Positions 40,671-50,442 of a stretch of DNA of 64,000 nt are shown in pieces; positions within the stretch are counted from its first letter, which is position 1; each line of letters starts with the position of its first letter. The stretch lies in the NCBI GenBank assembly GCA_027451865.1, contig DAIDHW010000005.1:1-64000 (forward strand). Direction: 5' to 3'. Under the pieces are notes generated by a model. That model had not been told where the DNA came from, did no database searches, and saw nothing but the letters and a program-made list of their open reading frames with translations. This stretch comes from Leptolyngbyaceae cyanobacterium clean351 (GTDB taxonomy: Bacteria; Cyanobacteriota; Cyanobacteriia; DAIDHW01). A program made the translations under genes and the position numbers.

Positions 40671-40867
40671 TCGTCGCTACCATCAGTCGAAGGAGTACCC
40701 ACCAAAGAAAATCTCTCTCGGCTCGCCCTCCGCAAAGATGATGATATATCTGGCATTACCCCGGTCAATGGAGTTCCAAAATAGACCCGCTGCCTCAGGG
40801 TTAGCTTGACCAGTAATTGTGGCCTCAACCATTACGTGGGTAGGTTGTTCAGTTCCCAATAGGGCGA

Positions 40868-41221
40868 CTAATTCTGCAGACGGGAGAAGAAAGGCGGTGC
40901 AAAGACCCTCTCGAGAACTTCATAGCCATCGGGCCGCATCAACAAGGTTTGCAGCTGCCCCCTTGAGTAGGGACAAGGGGTATAGGAAACCCTAAGAATA
41001 TGTGGGATAGACCGGGTCCCATCTGCCCCGGAAGCCTCTAGGGCAGCTTCAATAGTGGGGTGTTGGGCGCCCGGGGCAAGTTGGTTTTCCGTGATCGGAA
41101 ATTCCAGAAAGGTCACGGCGGGGTTGTAGCGGCCAGCCTGGAACTCCCGTTGCCGCAAGCCTTGCAAGGCCGCATTTAGGTCCGGTTGGTAAGCTGTGTA
41201 GTATCCAGTAGGGTTCAGCAC
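40868..41221 (-). CDS. Hypothetical protein (117 aa), probably the 5' part of a gene disrupted by a frameshift (see findings)
   Basis: ORF with atypically low GC3 for this genome. A second reading frame continues for 65 codons immediately after its stop (40686..40866). Confidence 0.3.
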   Translation of the reverse strand: MLNPTGYYTAYQPDLNAALQGLRQREFQAGRYNPAVTFLEFPITENQLAPGAQHPTIEAALEASGADGTRSIPHILRVSYTPCPYSRGQLQTLLMRPDGYEVLERVFAPPFFSRLQN

Positions 41222-41356
41222 CCATAGAGGTTACCCGGGGGGGAGGAAGACAGCAGGTGAATCAAAGCCAGCGGTGGTTTGCCTGATCTAGCAAATCCCC
41301 AGTAACCGCCGCGACCCTATCAACTGACCGCGGGACAATAGTAGCCATAGCAACTG

Positions 41357-43645
41357 TTGATGGGGCCAGAGCCTCGGATCGGCGGAGTATTCGTAAACAC
41401 AGGTGGTATGATTTGGGGCAGCGCCGTCCAGTGTAACCCAGCTATGTCCATGGCGACCCCCCCCACGGTCCATCCCGATTTTTGTACTGGCATCAAGTAC
41501 TTTGGTGCTCTACCGCCGGACTTTGCCGGCCAAGCCCCCCTGATCTCTGCCGTAGCTACTAAGCTACCTGACCCTCGTCATCCCCAGGCTGCCTATCAGA
41601 CCATGCTGTATGCTGAGGCCCTGCGCTACTTGATCCTGCAGATGACCGCTAGCAAGGCTTCTGGCCACCCCGGGGGATTCGCTAGTCAGGCGGAGGTGTT
41701 TGGTGCCCTGGTAATGCTGGGATACAAAAATATCTTGACTGAGGTGGGGCACCACGCCCCCGGCTTCTACAGTGCCCTATTCCTCGACCGCTCCCTTGAG
41801 CAGATGGGTATTAGCACCGTGGAACAACTTTGTCAGCGCTTCCGGGAAACCCACGGGCTACTCGGACACCTGTCAGGCTATATCCCAGGGGTCTTGGCCC
41901 CCGCTGGCCCCCTCGGCCAAGGTCAACACTTCGCCCTCAGTGCAGCTCGCCTCCACCCCCAAACCCTATTTCCCTTCACCTTGGGGGATGGGGGCTTGGG
42001 GGAACCCTACATCCTCAGTGCCCTAAACCACTTCCACACCGCCTTCCCTGAGACCACCAATTTTCTGCCGGTCCTGGTGTGGAACGGCTACTCCCAGGAA
42101 CACCACAGCATGGTTTCCTGCCAAACCAACCAGGGTATGACTGACCTATGGCACAGCCAAGGGTTTGAGGAGGTATTCCTGATCGATGCCAAGGACTACG
42201 ACGACCAACACCAGCCCGGCCCCTACGTGGACAGCACCGCCTTCACCTGGGGTCAGCGCCTGGTCTTCACCCAAGCTGTCCTTGAAGCTACCGACCACGC
42301 CGCTCGGGCGGCCCTAGAAGGTCACCTCAGCGTGCTCATCATCAAGCAGCTCAAGGGGGCAGGGATGCACGCCCGGGGCTCCAAGTCCCATAACCTCTAC
42401 CCCCAACACAGCCTCGATAACCCAGATGTGGTAGCCGCCCTCCAGACCAGGGCTCTTGCTCCAGAGGTGTGGCAGTTAGTCAGGACTAATGCTGAGCGGG
42501 CTGGGGGAGGACCCGCCAGTCAAACTGTCGTTACTGAATCCATCCTGCCCCTCCCCCCTTTGGGAAACTTACCCCTCCAGGAATTTCCGAGCGGAGAGCT
42601 CCAGGTATCCACCACCGCCATCGGTAAACTAGTCGGTCACGTGGGCGCCCAAGACCATCAATACCTAGTCACCAACGCCGACGGTAATGAGGCCTCGGGA
42701 GTCGCCAATATTAACCAGGCTCTGAAGATTATTCATCCTACCCCCGACCCTCTATACCATCAAGACCCCCACGGACAGGTGTATGAGCCACTTAGTGAGG
42801 ACGCCTGCGCCGGACTAGCGGCGGGGTTGGCCCTGATGGGAGCTCGTAGTCTGTGGTGCTCCTACGAATCCTTTGCCATCAATGGCCTACCAGTTTGGCA
42901 AACCGTTACCCAAGCCATGGCGGAGCTGCGCCGGCCCACCCCCGCCACCGTCACCCTGTTCACCGCCGGGGCCCTAGAACAGGGCCGCAACGGCTGGACT
43001 CACCAGCGGCCGGAGATCGAGGCCTACTTCGCAGCCATGATCCGCAACGGCAACGTGTTTCCCCTATTCCCTCCGGATGCCAACTGTGCCCAGGTCTGCT
43101 ACGAGTGGGCTCTCACCGCCCACAACAAGGGAGTGGTGATCACCGCCAGCAAGACCCCCCTACCCGTGCGTACCAGCCTAGCCCAAGCCCGCCAAGCTCT
43201 GGAGCAGGGAGCCCTAGTCCTCCAGGAAACTCCTGGCCCCCGGGGTATGGTAGTCCTAGCCGCCCTCGGGGATATGATCCTGAGGTCGGTATTTCAGGCC
43301 GCCAGCGGTCTGGCTGACCAGGGGTGGGGCACCAGAATTGTCTGTGTTGTCAGTCCCCGCCGCCTCTACCGGCCCCAGGATGTGGCTTGGGAAACCTGTG
43401 CCTACGGGGATGGGGAGTTTATGGGGGATCAGGAGTTTAGAGACTTGTTTACAGGGGATGCCCTGGTGGGAGTAAGCGGGGGCGCCGGGGCCCCCCTCGA
43501 GCCTCTGTTGCTGCGCTCCCGAGGACCTCGGGACCTAGTCACCTGGCAGCGGGGGGAGACCACTGCCACCGTCGCTGGTTTGCTCGGCTACAACCACCTA
43601 GGAGCTGCGGACCTGTGTAAACTGGCCCTGCAGTTAGTGGGGTAA
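41357..43645 (+). CDS. Divergent thiamine-diphosphate-dependent enzyme of the phosphoketolase/transketolase superfamily
   Basis: TPP-binding pattern LGDGGLGE...(about 27 aa)...VWNGY, analogous to GDGEAETGP...LNGYKI of phosphoketolases. SGHPGG resembles the transketolase His motif. 762 aa. The canonical phosphoketolase GHWGT block is not seen. The true start may be at M30/M32 (about 41444). Confidence 0.5.
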   Translation: MMGPEPRIGGVFVNTGGMIWGSAVQCNPAMSMATPPTVHPDFCTGIKYFGALPPDFAGQAPLISAVATKLPDPRHPQAAYQTMLYAEALRYLILQMTASKASGHPGGFASQAEVFGALVMLGYKNILTEVGHHAPGFYSALFLDRSLEQMGISTVEQLCQRFRETHGLLGHLSGYIPGVLAPAGPLGQGQHFALSAARLHPQTLFPFTLGDGGLGEPYILSALNHFHTAFPETTNFLPVLVWNGYSQEHHSMVSCQTNQGMTDLWHSQGFEEVFLIDAKDYDDQHQPGPYVDSTAFTWGQRLVFTQAVLEATDHAARAALEGHLSVLIIKQLKGAGMHARGSKSHNLYPQHSLDNPDVVAALQTRALAPEVWQLVRTNAERAGGGPASQTVVTESILPLPPLGNLPLQEFPSGELQVSTTAIGKLVGHVGAQDHQYLVTNADGNEASGVANINQALKIIHPTPDPLYHQDPHGQVYEPLSEDACAGLAAGLALMGARSLWCSYESFAINGLPVWQTVTQAMAELRRPTPATVTLFTAGALEQGRNGWTHQRPEIEAYFAAMIRNGNVFPLFPPDANCAQVCYEWALTAHNKGVVITASKTPLPVRTSLAQARQALEQGALVLQETPGPRGMVVLAALGDMILRSVFQAASGLADQGWGTRIVCVVSPRRLYRPQDVAWETCAYGDGEFMGDQEFRDLFTGDALVGVSGGAGAPLEPLLLRSRGPRDLVTWQRGETTATVAGLLGYNHLGAADLCKLALQLVG

Positions 43646-44914
43646 GGCCCGGGCAAAGACCCCCCGCAGGAGAGGGGGCGCTGCCAAGGTGGTGGCGATA
43701 ACCACCAGTACAATAGCGGCTTGGAGATTAGGGGGGAGGATATGAGTAGCAGAACCAATACTCAAAAAAACTAACCCCACCTCTCCCCGGGGCATCATCC
43801 CCACCCCCACCGCCAGGCGGTTGAGCCGCGCCGGGACCACTAGTGCAGTGACCAACTTACCTCCAATGGCCACTGCTACCAAAAAGAAGGCTACCCCCAA
43901 ACCCAAGCCGGGCTGGGTCAACACCCCCAGGTCTGTCTGGGCCCCCACAGTCACAAAAAACACGGGCACTAACATGTCCGCCACTGGCAAGACCTGGTGT
44001 TCCAACTCCTGTCGCTTCTCAGTTTCTGCCAGGACTAAACCAGCTGCAAAGGCCCCAAGGATGGCCTCTAGTTGGATCACCTGGGCAATGTAGGCCAGAC
44101 TAAAGGCAAAGACGAAGGCGCTCAGCAAAAGCTGGCCCCGGGTGCGCAGGCGATTGATCAAGGCCACCAGGTAGGGGCTAAACCAGCGGCCGACAAATAT
44201 TGCCCCCCCCAGGAACACCACCGCGCTAATTAGTAGGTGCACTACTTGGTACAAATCTACCTGACCAGTGCGAGCCAGGCCCGCCACCACTGCTAGAACC
44301 ATGATTCCCAGCACATCATCCAATACCGCTGCCCCGAGGATGATCTGGCCTTCCTGGGTATTCAGGTGGCCAACTTGGGATAGTACCTTAGCAGTGATCC
44401 CGATGCTGGTAGCCGTCAGAGCCGCCCCGGCAAATACCGCTGGCACGGTAGCCACCCCAAAAATACCCATCAAACCCAGGGTACCCAGGGCAAAGGGCAC
44501 TACCACCCCCACCACCGCCACCAGACTAGCTAAAGGCCCTACCCGCAGGAGTTCCTGCAGGTCAGACTGTAAACCCACTTCAAACAACAAGATGACTACC
44601 CCTAGCTCCGCTAGGACGTCAATAAAGGAGCCCTGGGCTTGAAATAAAGCAGGCGGGGAGACGGACCCCAAGCCACCGGTAAACTGCATAAAGGCAAGTA
44701 GCCAAGAGGAGGTTGCCGAGCCACCTGGTAAAACCAGCAGGTGCAGAAGCGAAACCCCCACCATCACCCCCCCGATCAACTCCCCCAAAACCGGGGGGAG
44801 ATCGAGGCGATGACAAATTTCTCCACCAGCTTTGCTAGTGAGGTAGATCACCACCAGGCTAAGGAGTACTGCGGTCAGGAGCAAGGAAGGAGATACCACA
44901 GGAGAGGCAGTCAT
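43634..44914 (-). CDS. Cation:proton antiporter (CPA1/CPA2 family)
   Basis: 426 aa polytopic. N-terminus LLLTAVLLSLVVIYLTSKAGGEICHRLDLPPVLGELIGGVMVG is typical of Na+/H+ or K+/H+ exchanger family proteins. Confidence 0.75.
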   Translation of the reverse strand: MTASPVVSPSLLLTAVLLSLVVIYLTSKAGGEICHRLDLPPVLGELIGGVMVGVSLLHLLVLPGGSATSSWLLAFMQFTGGLGSVSPPALFQAQGSFIDVLAELGVVILLFEVGLQSDLQELLRVGPLASLVAVVGVVVPFALGTLGLMGIFGVATVPAVFAGAALTATSIGITAKVLSQVGHLNTQEGQIILGAAVLDDVLGIMVLAVVAGLARTGQVDLYQVVHLLISAVVFLGGAIFVGRWFSPYLVALINRLRTRGQLLLSAFVFAFSLAYIAQVIQLEAILGAFAAGLVLAETEKRQELEHQVLPVADMLVPVFFVTVGAQTDLGVLTQPGLGLGVAFFLVAVAIGGKLVTALVVPARLNRLAVGVGMMPRGEVGLVFLSIGSATHILPPNLQAAIVLVVIATTLAAPPLLRGVFARALPH

Positions 44915-45058
44915 CTGGTTACCAACAAAACTACTCAGACTCCGGTCCCCAATTAGTATCCCCCATACCTCCCGGGCCGATTGTGGCCTAGGACGCCATC
45001 GGAGAGTCAGGGAATTACAAGCCAGATTAGCCCGGTCTACCTCCCTCCAGATGCAGAT

Positions 45059-45310
45059 TCACCACTGCAAAAAGGCTTTCTCTGTTCCCTGCTCGTGGCG
45101 AATCTTGGCATCCTGCTCAAACCATTCAATGATCTGGTCGCACGTCAGATCAGCAATTTCCTGCTGCCGTTGGCGAGCAATGTGCAAGAGCAGCCGTTGG
45201 GAAGAAATGGTGAGGCGCACCAGAAACTTTTCGTGGTTGGTTAAGAGGGCACTGTCCACTGCTGCCGCTTCCACCGCCGTCAAAAATTCAGGCCTTTGGG
45301 GGTCTACCAT
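45059..45310 (-). CDS. Small hypothetical protein (84 aa; start taken at MVDPQRPEF inside the longer 142-aa ORF)
   Basis: The C-terminal 84 aa (MVDPQRPEFLTAVEAAAVDSALLTNHEKFLVRLTISSQ...EWFEQDAKIRHEQGTEKAFLQW) look protein-like. The upstream 58 aa of the ORF are Pro/Gly/Trp-rich and low-complexity, as expected of a GC-rich spurious extension. Confidence 0.4.
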   Translation of the reverse strand: MVDPQRPEFLTAVEAAAVDSALLTNHEKFLVRLTISSQRLLLHIARQRQQEIADLTCDQIIEWFEQDAKIRHEQGTEKAFLQW

Positions 45311-45528
45311 ATACACAAGTATTAGGATAAGATGACTTAACTTTCCGGGGCCCTTGCAATGGTATCGCAGCCTGGTTACTACTGAGGGGAAGCCCGCCAC
45401 ACCCGGTGGTAGCAGGTGGCGCCATGGCGGCGGGGGTAATTCCCAAAATCTGGGGCTCCCGGAGGCCTGCCCCCGTCCCAGGGCCAATCCCTATGCTAGG
45501 GTGAGTCAAAGTCCACTCCCCACTGCCT

Positions 45529-46125
45529 ATGACCGCTCGCCGTTACGCCGTTGTTGAGCGTACCACCAAGGAAACCACCGTCTGCATCACCATCGACCTA
45601 GACGGCCGGGGCCAGTGCAAGGCCGCCACCGGGGTGCCTTTTCTTGACCACATGCTCCAGCAGATCGCCACCCACGGTCTATTCGACCTAGAAGTAAAGG
45701 CGAAAGGCGACCTGGAGATCGATGACCACCACACCAACGAGGACGTGGGCATCACCCTCGGTCAGGCTCTGCATCAGGCCCTAGGAGACCGGCGGGGTCT
45801 GGTCCGGTTTGGCCACTTTTGCGCCCCCCTAGACGAGGCCTTAATTCAAGTGGTGCTCGACCTGTCAGGCCGCCCCCACCTTAGCTACGGCCTTGAGATT
45901 CCCACCCAGCGGGTAGGTACCTACGACACCCAACTGGTGCGGGAGTTTTTCGCAGCTGTGGTCAATCAAGCGGGGATGACCCTACACCTGCGGCAGTTGG
46001 CGGGAGTTAACTCCCACCACATTATCGAGGCCGGTTTCAAGGCCTTTGCCCGAGCCCTAGACATGGCCGTAACCCTAGACCAGCGCCGCCTCGACCAAAT
46101 CCCCAGCTCTAAAGGGGCACTCTGA
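45529..46125 (+). CDS. hisB: Imidazoleglycerol-phosphate dehydratase
   Basis: [18 protein letters not shown] and [11 protein letters not shown] metal-binding motifs. 198 aa. Confidence 0.92.
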   Translation: MTARRYAVVERTTKETTVCITIDLDGRGQCKAATGVPFLDHMLQQIATHGLFDLEVKAKGDLEIDDHHTNEDVGITLGQALHQALGDRRGLVRFGHFCAPLDEALIQVVLDLSGRPHLSYGLEIPTQRVGTYDTQLVREFFAAVVNQAGMTLHLRQLAGVNSHHIIEAGFKAFARALDMAVTLDQRRLDQIPSSKGAL

Positions 46126-46203
46126 TACATAACATTACCAAATCAAGGCCCTCACCCAAAAAACCGCTAGAATCTGTCCCAATCCCCCTTTAGAATATCA
46201 ACC

Positions 46204-47730
46204 ATGAAGCTGGCTTACTGGATGTACGCAGGCCCTGCCCACATCGGCACCCTGCGGGTCGCAAGCTCTTTCAAGAATGTCCATGCCATAATGCATGCCC
46301 CCCTAGGGGATGACTACTTTAACGTCATGCGTTCGATGCTAGAGCGGGACCGGGACTTCACCCCGGTCACCACTAGTGTGGTAGACCGTAACGTCCTAGC
46401 CCGGGGCTCCCAGGAAAAGGTGGTGGATAACATCACCCGCAAGGATGGGGAAGAGCACCCGGACCTGATCATCCTCACCCCCACCTGTACATCCAGTATC
46501 CTCCAGGAGGACCTGCACAACTTTGTGGAGCGAGCCCAGCTAGAGGCCCGCGGTGACGTGCTCTTAGCAGATGTCAACCACTACCGGGTCAACGAGCTCC
46601 AGGCTGCCGACCGTACCCTTGAGCAGATCATCCAGTTTTACCTTGAGAAGGCCAAACGCCAGGGCACTCTCAATCAAACCAAGACCCCTGAGCCCTCCGT
46701 CAATATCCTCGGGCCCACTACCCTAGGCTTCCACAACCACCACGACTGCCGCGAGTTACGCCAGCTGATGGCGGACCTGGGGATCACCGTCAATGCCATT
46801 GTTCCTGAGGGGGCAAAGGTGACTAGCCTCAAAGACCTGCCCCGGGCCTGGTTCAATCTCGTTCCCTACCGGGAAATTGGCCTGAGGAGTGCTCAGTACC
46901 TGCAGGAAAACTTTGCCATGCCCTGGGTAGACATTACCCCCATGGGGGTGGTGGAAACAGCCCGGTGCATTCGGGCTATCCAGGCGGTGCTCCGGGAGCA
47001 GGGAGCTGAGGTGGACTACGAGCAGTTCATCAATCACCAGACCCTCCACGTCTCCCAGGCCGCTTGGTTCTCCCGCTCCATCGATTGCCAAAATCTCACC
47101 GGTAAACGGGCAGTGGTATTTGGTGATAACACCCACGCAGCAGCCATGACTAGGATCCTGGCTCGGGAAATGGGGATCAAGGTGGTACTAGCGGGCACCT
47201 ACTGCAAGTACGACGCCGACTGGTTCCGGGAACAGGTCCAGGGCTACTGCGATGAGATTTTGGTCAGCGACGACAACGGCCAGATCGGCGATGCCATTGC
47301 CCGCCTCGAGCCAGCCGCCGTGTTTGGCACCCAGATGGAGCGGCACGTCAGCAAACGCCTAGGGATCCCCTGCGGGGTAATTGCCGCCCCCATCCATATC
47401 CAAAATTTCCCCATTGGCTACCGGCCTTTTCTCGGCTACGAGGGTACTAACCAAATTACCGACCTGGTCTACAACTCCTTCACCCTGGGCATGGAAGACC
47501 ATTTGCTAGAGATCTTCGGCGGCCACGACACCAAGGAGGTGATCACCAAGGGCATATCTGCCGATTCAGACCTAGCTTGGACTCGGGAAGCCCAAGGGGA
47601 GCTCAATAAGGTGCCTGGGTTTGTACGGGGTAAGGTCAAGCGCAACACCGAGAAGTTTGCCCGGGAGCGCAACCTAAGCGAAATTACCCTGGAGGTGATG
47701 TACGCTGCCAAGGAGGCTGTAGGTGCTTAG
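46204..47730 (+). CDS. chlB: Light-independent protochlorophyllide reductase subunit B
   Basis: N-terminus [39 protein letters not shown] is characteristic of ChlB. 508 aa. Confidence 0.92.
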   Translation: MKLAYWMYAGPAHIGTLRVASSFKNVHAIMHAPLGDDYFNVMRSMLERDRDFTPVTTSVVDRNVLARGSQEKVVDNITRKDGEEHPDLIILTPTCTSSILQEDLHNFVERAQLEARGDVLLADVNHYRVNELQAADRTLEQIIQFYLEKAKRQGTLNQTKTPEPSVNILGPTTLGFHNHHDCRELRQLMADLGITVNAIVPEGAKVTSLKDLPRAWFNLVPYREIGLRSAQYLQENFAMPWVDITPMGVVETARCIRAIQAVLREQGAEVDYEQFINHQTLHVSQAAWFSRSIDCQNLTGKRAVVFGDNTHAAAMTRILAREMGIKVVLAGTYCKYDADWFREQVQGYCDEILVSDDNGQIGDAIARLEPAAVFGTQMERHVSKRLGIPCGVIAAPIHIQNFPIGYRPFLGYEGTNQITDLVYNSFTLGMEDHLLEIFGGHDTKEVITKGISADSDLAWTREAQGELNKVPGFVRGKVKRNTEKFARERNLSEITLEVMYAAKEAVGA

Positions 47731-47770
47731 GGTCCCCCCTCTGGCCCATTCAACAAGGAACCCATAGCCC

Positions 47771-48208
47771 ATGCAACTAGCTCACCGTATCTGGGGTCAC
47801 ACTGCCCGGGTCCTCGGGGTCCTGCTTTTGACAGGGGGGCTGACGATCACCCTGGGCAGTGGTGCCGAAGTGGTCCTCAGCCAGGCCAGCGGTCCCTGGC
47901 TGGCTCTGTGGACTTTTATTCTAGTGACCCTGGGCCTGGGGCCGGCCTCCCTGGGGGCTTGGCTAGTGTACACCAGTGCCCAAGCCCGCCAGCGGGCAAT
48001 TCAGGAGACTTTCTTTCAGCTACTGCGTACCCGGCAGGGGCGGTTCACCCTAGTGGAGTTCGCCATGGCGGCTCGCCTCGAGCCCGCTGCGGCCCGGCGT
48101 TACCTAGACCAGTGGGCCAAGGACTGCACGGCCAACTTTGAAGTGGACGCCCAAGGGGAAGTAGTTTACGTTTTCCGCGGCCAGGCAGATAAATCCTTGA
48201 CAAGCTAG
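47771..48208 (+). CDS. Hypothetical membrane protein (two predicted TM segments)
   Basis: 145 aa ORF with coding-like composition. No recognisable motif. Confidence 0.4.
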   Translation: MQLAHRIWGHTARVLGVLLLTGGLTITLGSGAEVVLSQASGPWLALWTFILVTLGLGPASLGAWLVYTSAQARQRAIQETFFQLLRTRQGRFTLVEFAMAARLEPAAARRYLDQWAKDCTANFEVDAQGEVVYVFRGQADKSLTS

Positions 48209-48251
48209 GCCAAACCTTAGAAGATTGTAAATCGCAGTTGCACTGCGCCAT

Positions 48252-48334
48252 GCGGAACTGGCGGAATTGGTAGACGCGCATGATTCAGGTTCATGTGGTG
48301 AATAACCTTCCGGGTTCAAGTCCCGGGTTCCGCA
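48252..48334 (+). tRNA. tRNA-Leu (anticodon CAG), class II with long variable arm; CCA not encoded
   Basis: GCGGAAC acceptor pairs with GTTCCGC. Anticodon stem CATGA/TCATG with loop TTCAGGT (anticodon CAG, G37). Long variable arm GGTGAATAACCTTCC. T-arm GGGTTCAAGTCCCGG. Confidence 0.9.
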
Positions 48335-48371
48335 TTCTGCCCCGCTCCTCTGGTTTTTCTCTCCCCAACTT

Positions 48372-49886
48372 GTGCCCATGGTTGCTGCCGATCTCCCTGA
48401 GCTGATCCGGGCCATGCTCTGCCCGGGGTTTTATCCTCACCCGGTTCAAGCACCCATCGAGTGCCTGCAAACCCACATCTCCTACGTCTTGCTCACGGGT
48501 GAATTCGCCTACAAGGTCAAGAAGCCGGCCAATTTTGGGTTCTTGGACTTTACAGACCTGGCGGCTCGCCGGCACTACTGTCAGGAGGAGCTGCGGCTTA
48601 ATCAGCGGGGGGCTCCCCAGCTGTACCTGGAAGTGATACCCCTCACCCGAGTTGGTAATACCTACTATCTAGGAGGCTCAGGGGAGGTGGTAGAGTACAC
48701 CCTGAAGATGCGCCAGTTTCCCCAGGACTGCCTCCTGTCGGTGGGCTTCGCCCAAGGATGGCTCCAAGAGAGTCACTTGGAGCAGCTAGGTCGGACTGTA
48801 GCCGCCTATCACGCCCAGTCTCCCCGTAGCCCGGCTATTGACCAGTTCGGCTCAGTAGCTCAAGTGCGCCTAGCCATCGACGAGAATTACCGGCAGACCC
48901 AAGCCTACGTAGGCGGTCCCCAAACTGAGGCCCAGTACCAGGCTACCAAGGCCTACAGTGACGCCTTCTTTGACAAGGAGCAAGCCTTGTTCCAGCGGCG
49001 AATCGAGCAGGGATTTATCCGCGAGAACCACGGGGACTTGCACCTAGCTAACATTTGCCTGTGGCAGGAAAAGCTGCTGCTGTTCGACTGCATTGAATTC
49101 AATGAGTCCTTCCGCTACGTAGACTGCCAGTATGACGTGGCTTTCACGGTCATGGACCTAGAAGCGCGCGGGGCAAAGGCCCTAGCCAATGCTTTCCTCA
49201 ACACCTACCTTGAAGCTAGTGGTGACTGGGAAGGCCTCCAGGTCCTCCACCTCTACCTGAGTCGCCAAGCCTACGTCCGGGCTAAGGTCACCTCGTTTTT
49301 ACTCGACGACCCGGCCATCCCTGAGGAAACGCGACACCAGGCTTTTCAGCAGGCAGCTCACTACTACCAGCTGGCCTGGCAGTACACCCAGCCCCGCCCC
49401 GGTTGGTTAATGATCACCTGCGGTCTTTCCGGAGCAGGGAAAACCACTACTGCTCGTACCATAGCCCGGCAGACCGGGGCTATCCACCTGCGCTCGGATG
49501 CGGTCCGCAAGCACCTTGGAGGTATCCCCCTCCAGGAGCGGGGTGGCCCAGAACTCTACACCAGTGCCATGACCGACAGGACCTACCAAAAGCTCCTAGA
49601 GCTAGGTCGGTTGTTAGTGGGCTGGGGCTTCCCAGTAATCCTAGATGCCAAGTACGACCGGCGCTCCCAGCGTCGGGCGGTAATCGAGCAGGCCAAGGCC
49701 CTAGGAATACCCCTAGAAATCCTCCACTGTCAGGCTCCCCTAGAGGTCCTGAAGCAACGGATAGCCCAACGCCAAGGAGACATTGCCGATGCCACCGTGG
49801 AGGTGCTCTTAAACCAAACCTTCGAAGAGCTCACTCCCGAGGAGCTAGCACTTACCCGGGAGTTCAGCCTTCCCGCCCTTAATTGA
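48372..49886 (+). CDS. Bifunctional protein: N-terminal aminoglycoside-phosphotransferase-like (protein-kinase-fold) domain fused to a C-terminal P-loop NTPase/kinase domain
   Basis: APH/ChoK catalytic motif ENHGDLHLANI. C-terminal Walker A ITCGLSGAGKTT followed by a gluconate/adenylate-kinase-like region. Confidence 0.6.
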   Translation: MPMVAADLPELIRAMLCPGFYPHPVQAPIECLQTHISYVLLTGEFAYKVKKPANFGFLDFTDLAARRHYCQEELRLNQRGAPQLYLEVIPLTRVGNTYYLGGSGEVVEYTLKMRQFPQDCLLSVGFAQGWLQESHLEQLGRTVAAYHAQSPRSPAIDQFGSVAQVRLAIDENYRQTQAYVGGPQTEAQYQATKAYSDAFFDKEQALFQRRIEQGFIRENHGDLHLANICLWQEKLLLFDCIEFNESFRYVDCQYDVAFTVMDLEARGAKALANAFLNTYLEASGDWEGLQVLHLYLSRQAYVRAKVTSFLLDDPAIPEETRHQAFQQAAHYYQLAWQYTQPRPGWLMITCGLSGAGKTTTARTIARQTGAIHLRSDAVRKHLGGIPLQERGGPELYTSAMTDRTYQKLLELGRLLVGWGFPVILDAKYDRRSQRRAVIEQAKALGIPLEILHCQAPLEVLKQRIAQRQGDIADATVEVLLNQTFEELTPEELALTREFSLPALN

Positions 49887-50430
49887 CCTGGAAAGAGTCA
49901 ATGATCTGCACAAACAGGGGTTTGATTCTTAACCAACGGTCCTCCGTAGTTGATACATTGAGGGTGTAAAGTTTGCCGCGGTGCACCACTGCACTGGCTA
50001 AACTGTGGCGCTGTTGTTGGTTGGCTAGGGTGATGGCATACTCAAACCGATAGTAGGTCTTATCCTGCTTCTGGAGAGCCTGGGCGTCTACTAGCTCTGC
50101 TCGCCGGCCAGAATCAGGGGGAGCAATCGCAGCCCGGGAAAGGCGGTAGCCCACTTCCCCAGGGGTACCCAGGTCATCTAGGGTCTTGGAACCCGAAATC
50201 GGGTTAATCACCAAACTGACATTTTCTGTGGTTTGAATCAGGTCCCGGAACACTACATCTGGCCCACTAGAGACCTTGACGGGTACCCAGCCTAGGGGGT
50301 AGCTGAACTCGTAGCCGTCGGCTACGTCTGTGTACTGCTTAAACCCGGGAGCGGCGAGAGTCGGGCCAGCCCCCCAGGTGCCCATAACAAGGCCTAGGGT
50401 TAATAGTACTAGTAGTAACTTACGGATCAT
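49879..50430 (-). CDS. PsbP-domain protein (CyanoP-like), lipoprotein or secreted
   Basis: Signal MIRKLLLVLLTLGLVMGTWGAG. PsbP-like block GFKQYTDVADGYEFSYPLGWVPV. 183 aa. Confidence 0.7.
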   Translation of the reverse strand: MIRKLLLVLLTLGLVMGTWGAGPTLAAPGFKQYTDVADGYEFSYPLGWVPVKVSSGPDVVFRDLIQTTENVSLVINPISGSKTLDDLGTPGEVGYRLSRAAIAPPDSGRRAELVDAQALQKQDKTYYRFEYAITLANQQQRHSLASAVVHRGKLYTLNVSTTEDRWLRIKPLFVQIIDSFQVN

Positions 50431-50442
50431 TTTCCCTCGCGA

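Noticed and set aside
40612-40809. Plus-strand 65-aa ORF in the 40671-40867 gap
   Set aside because: It has a low-complexity translation and poor codon usage, and it is antisense to the more protein-like minus-strand reading frame. It is best explained as non-coding.
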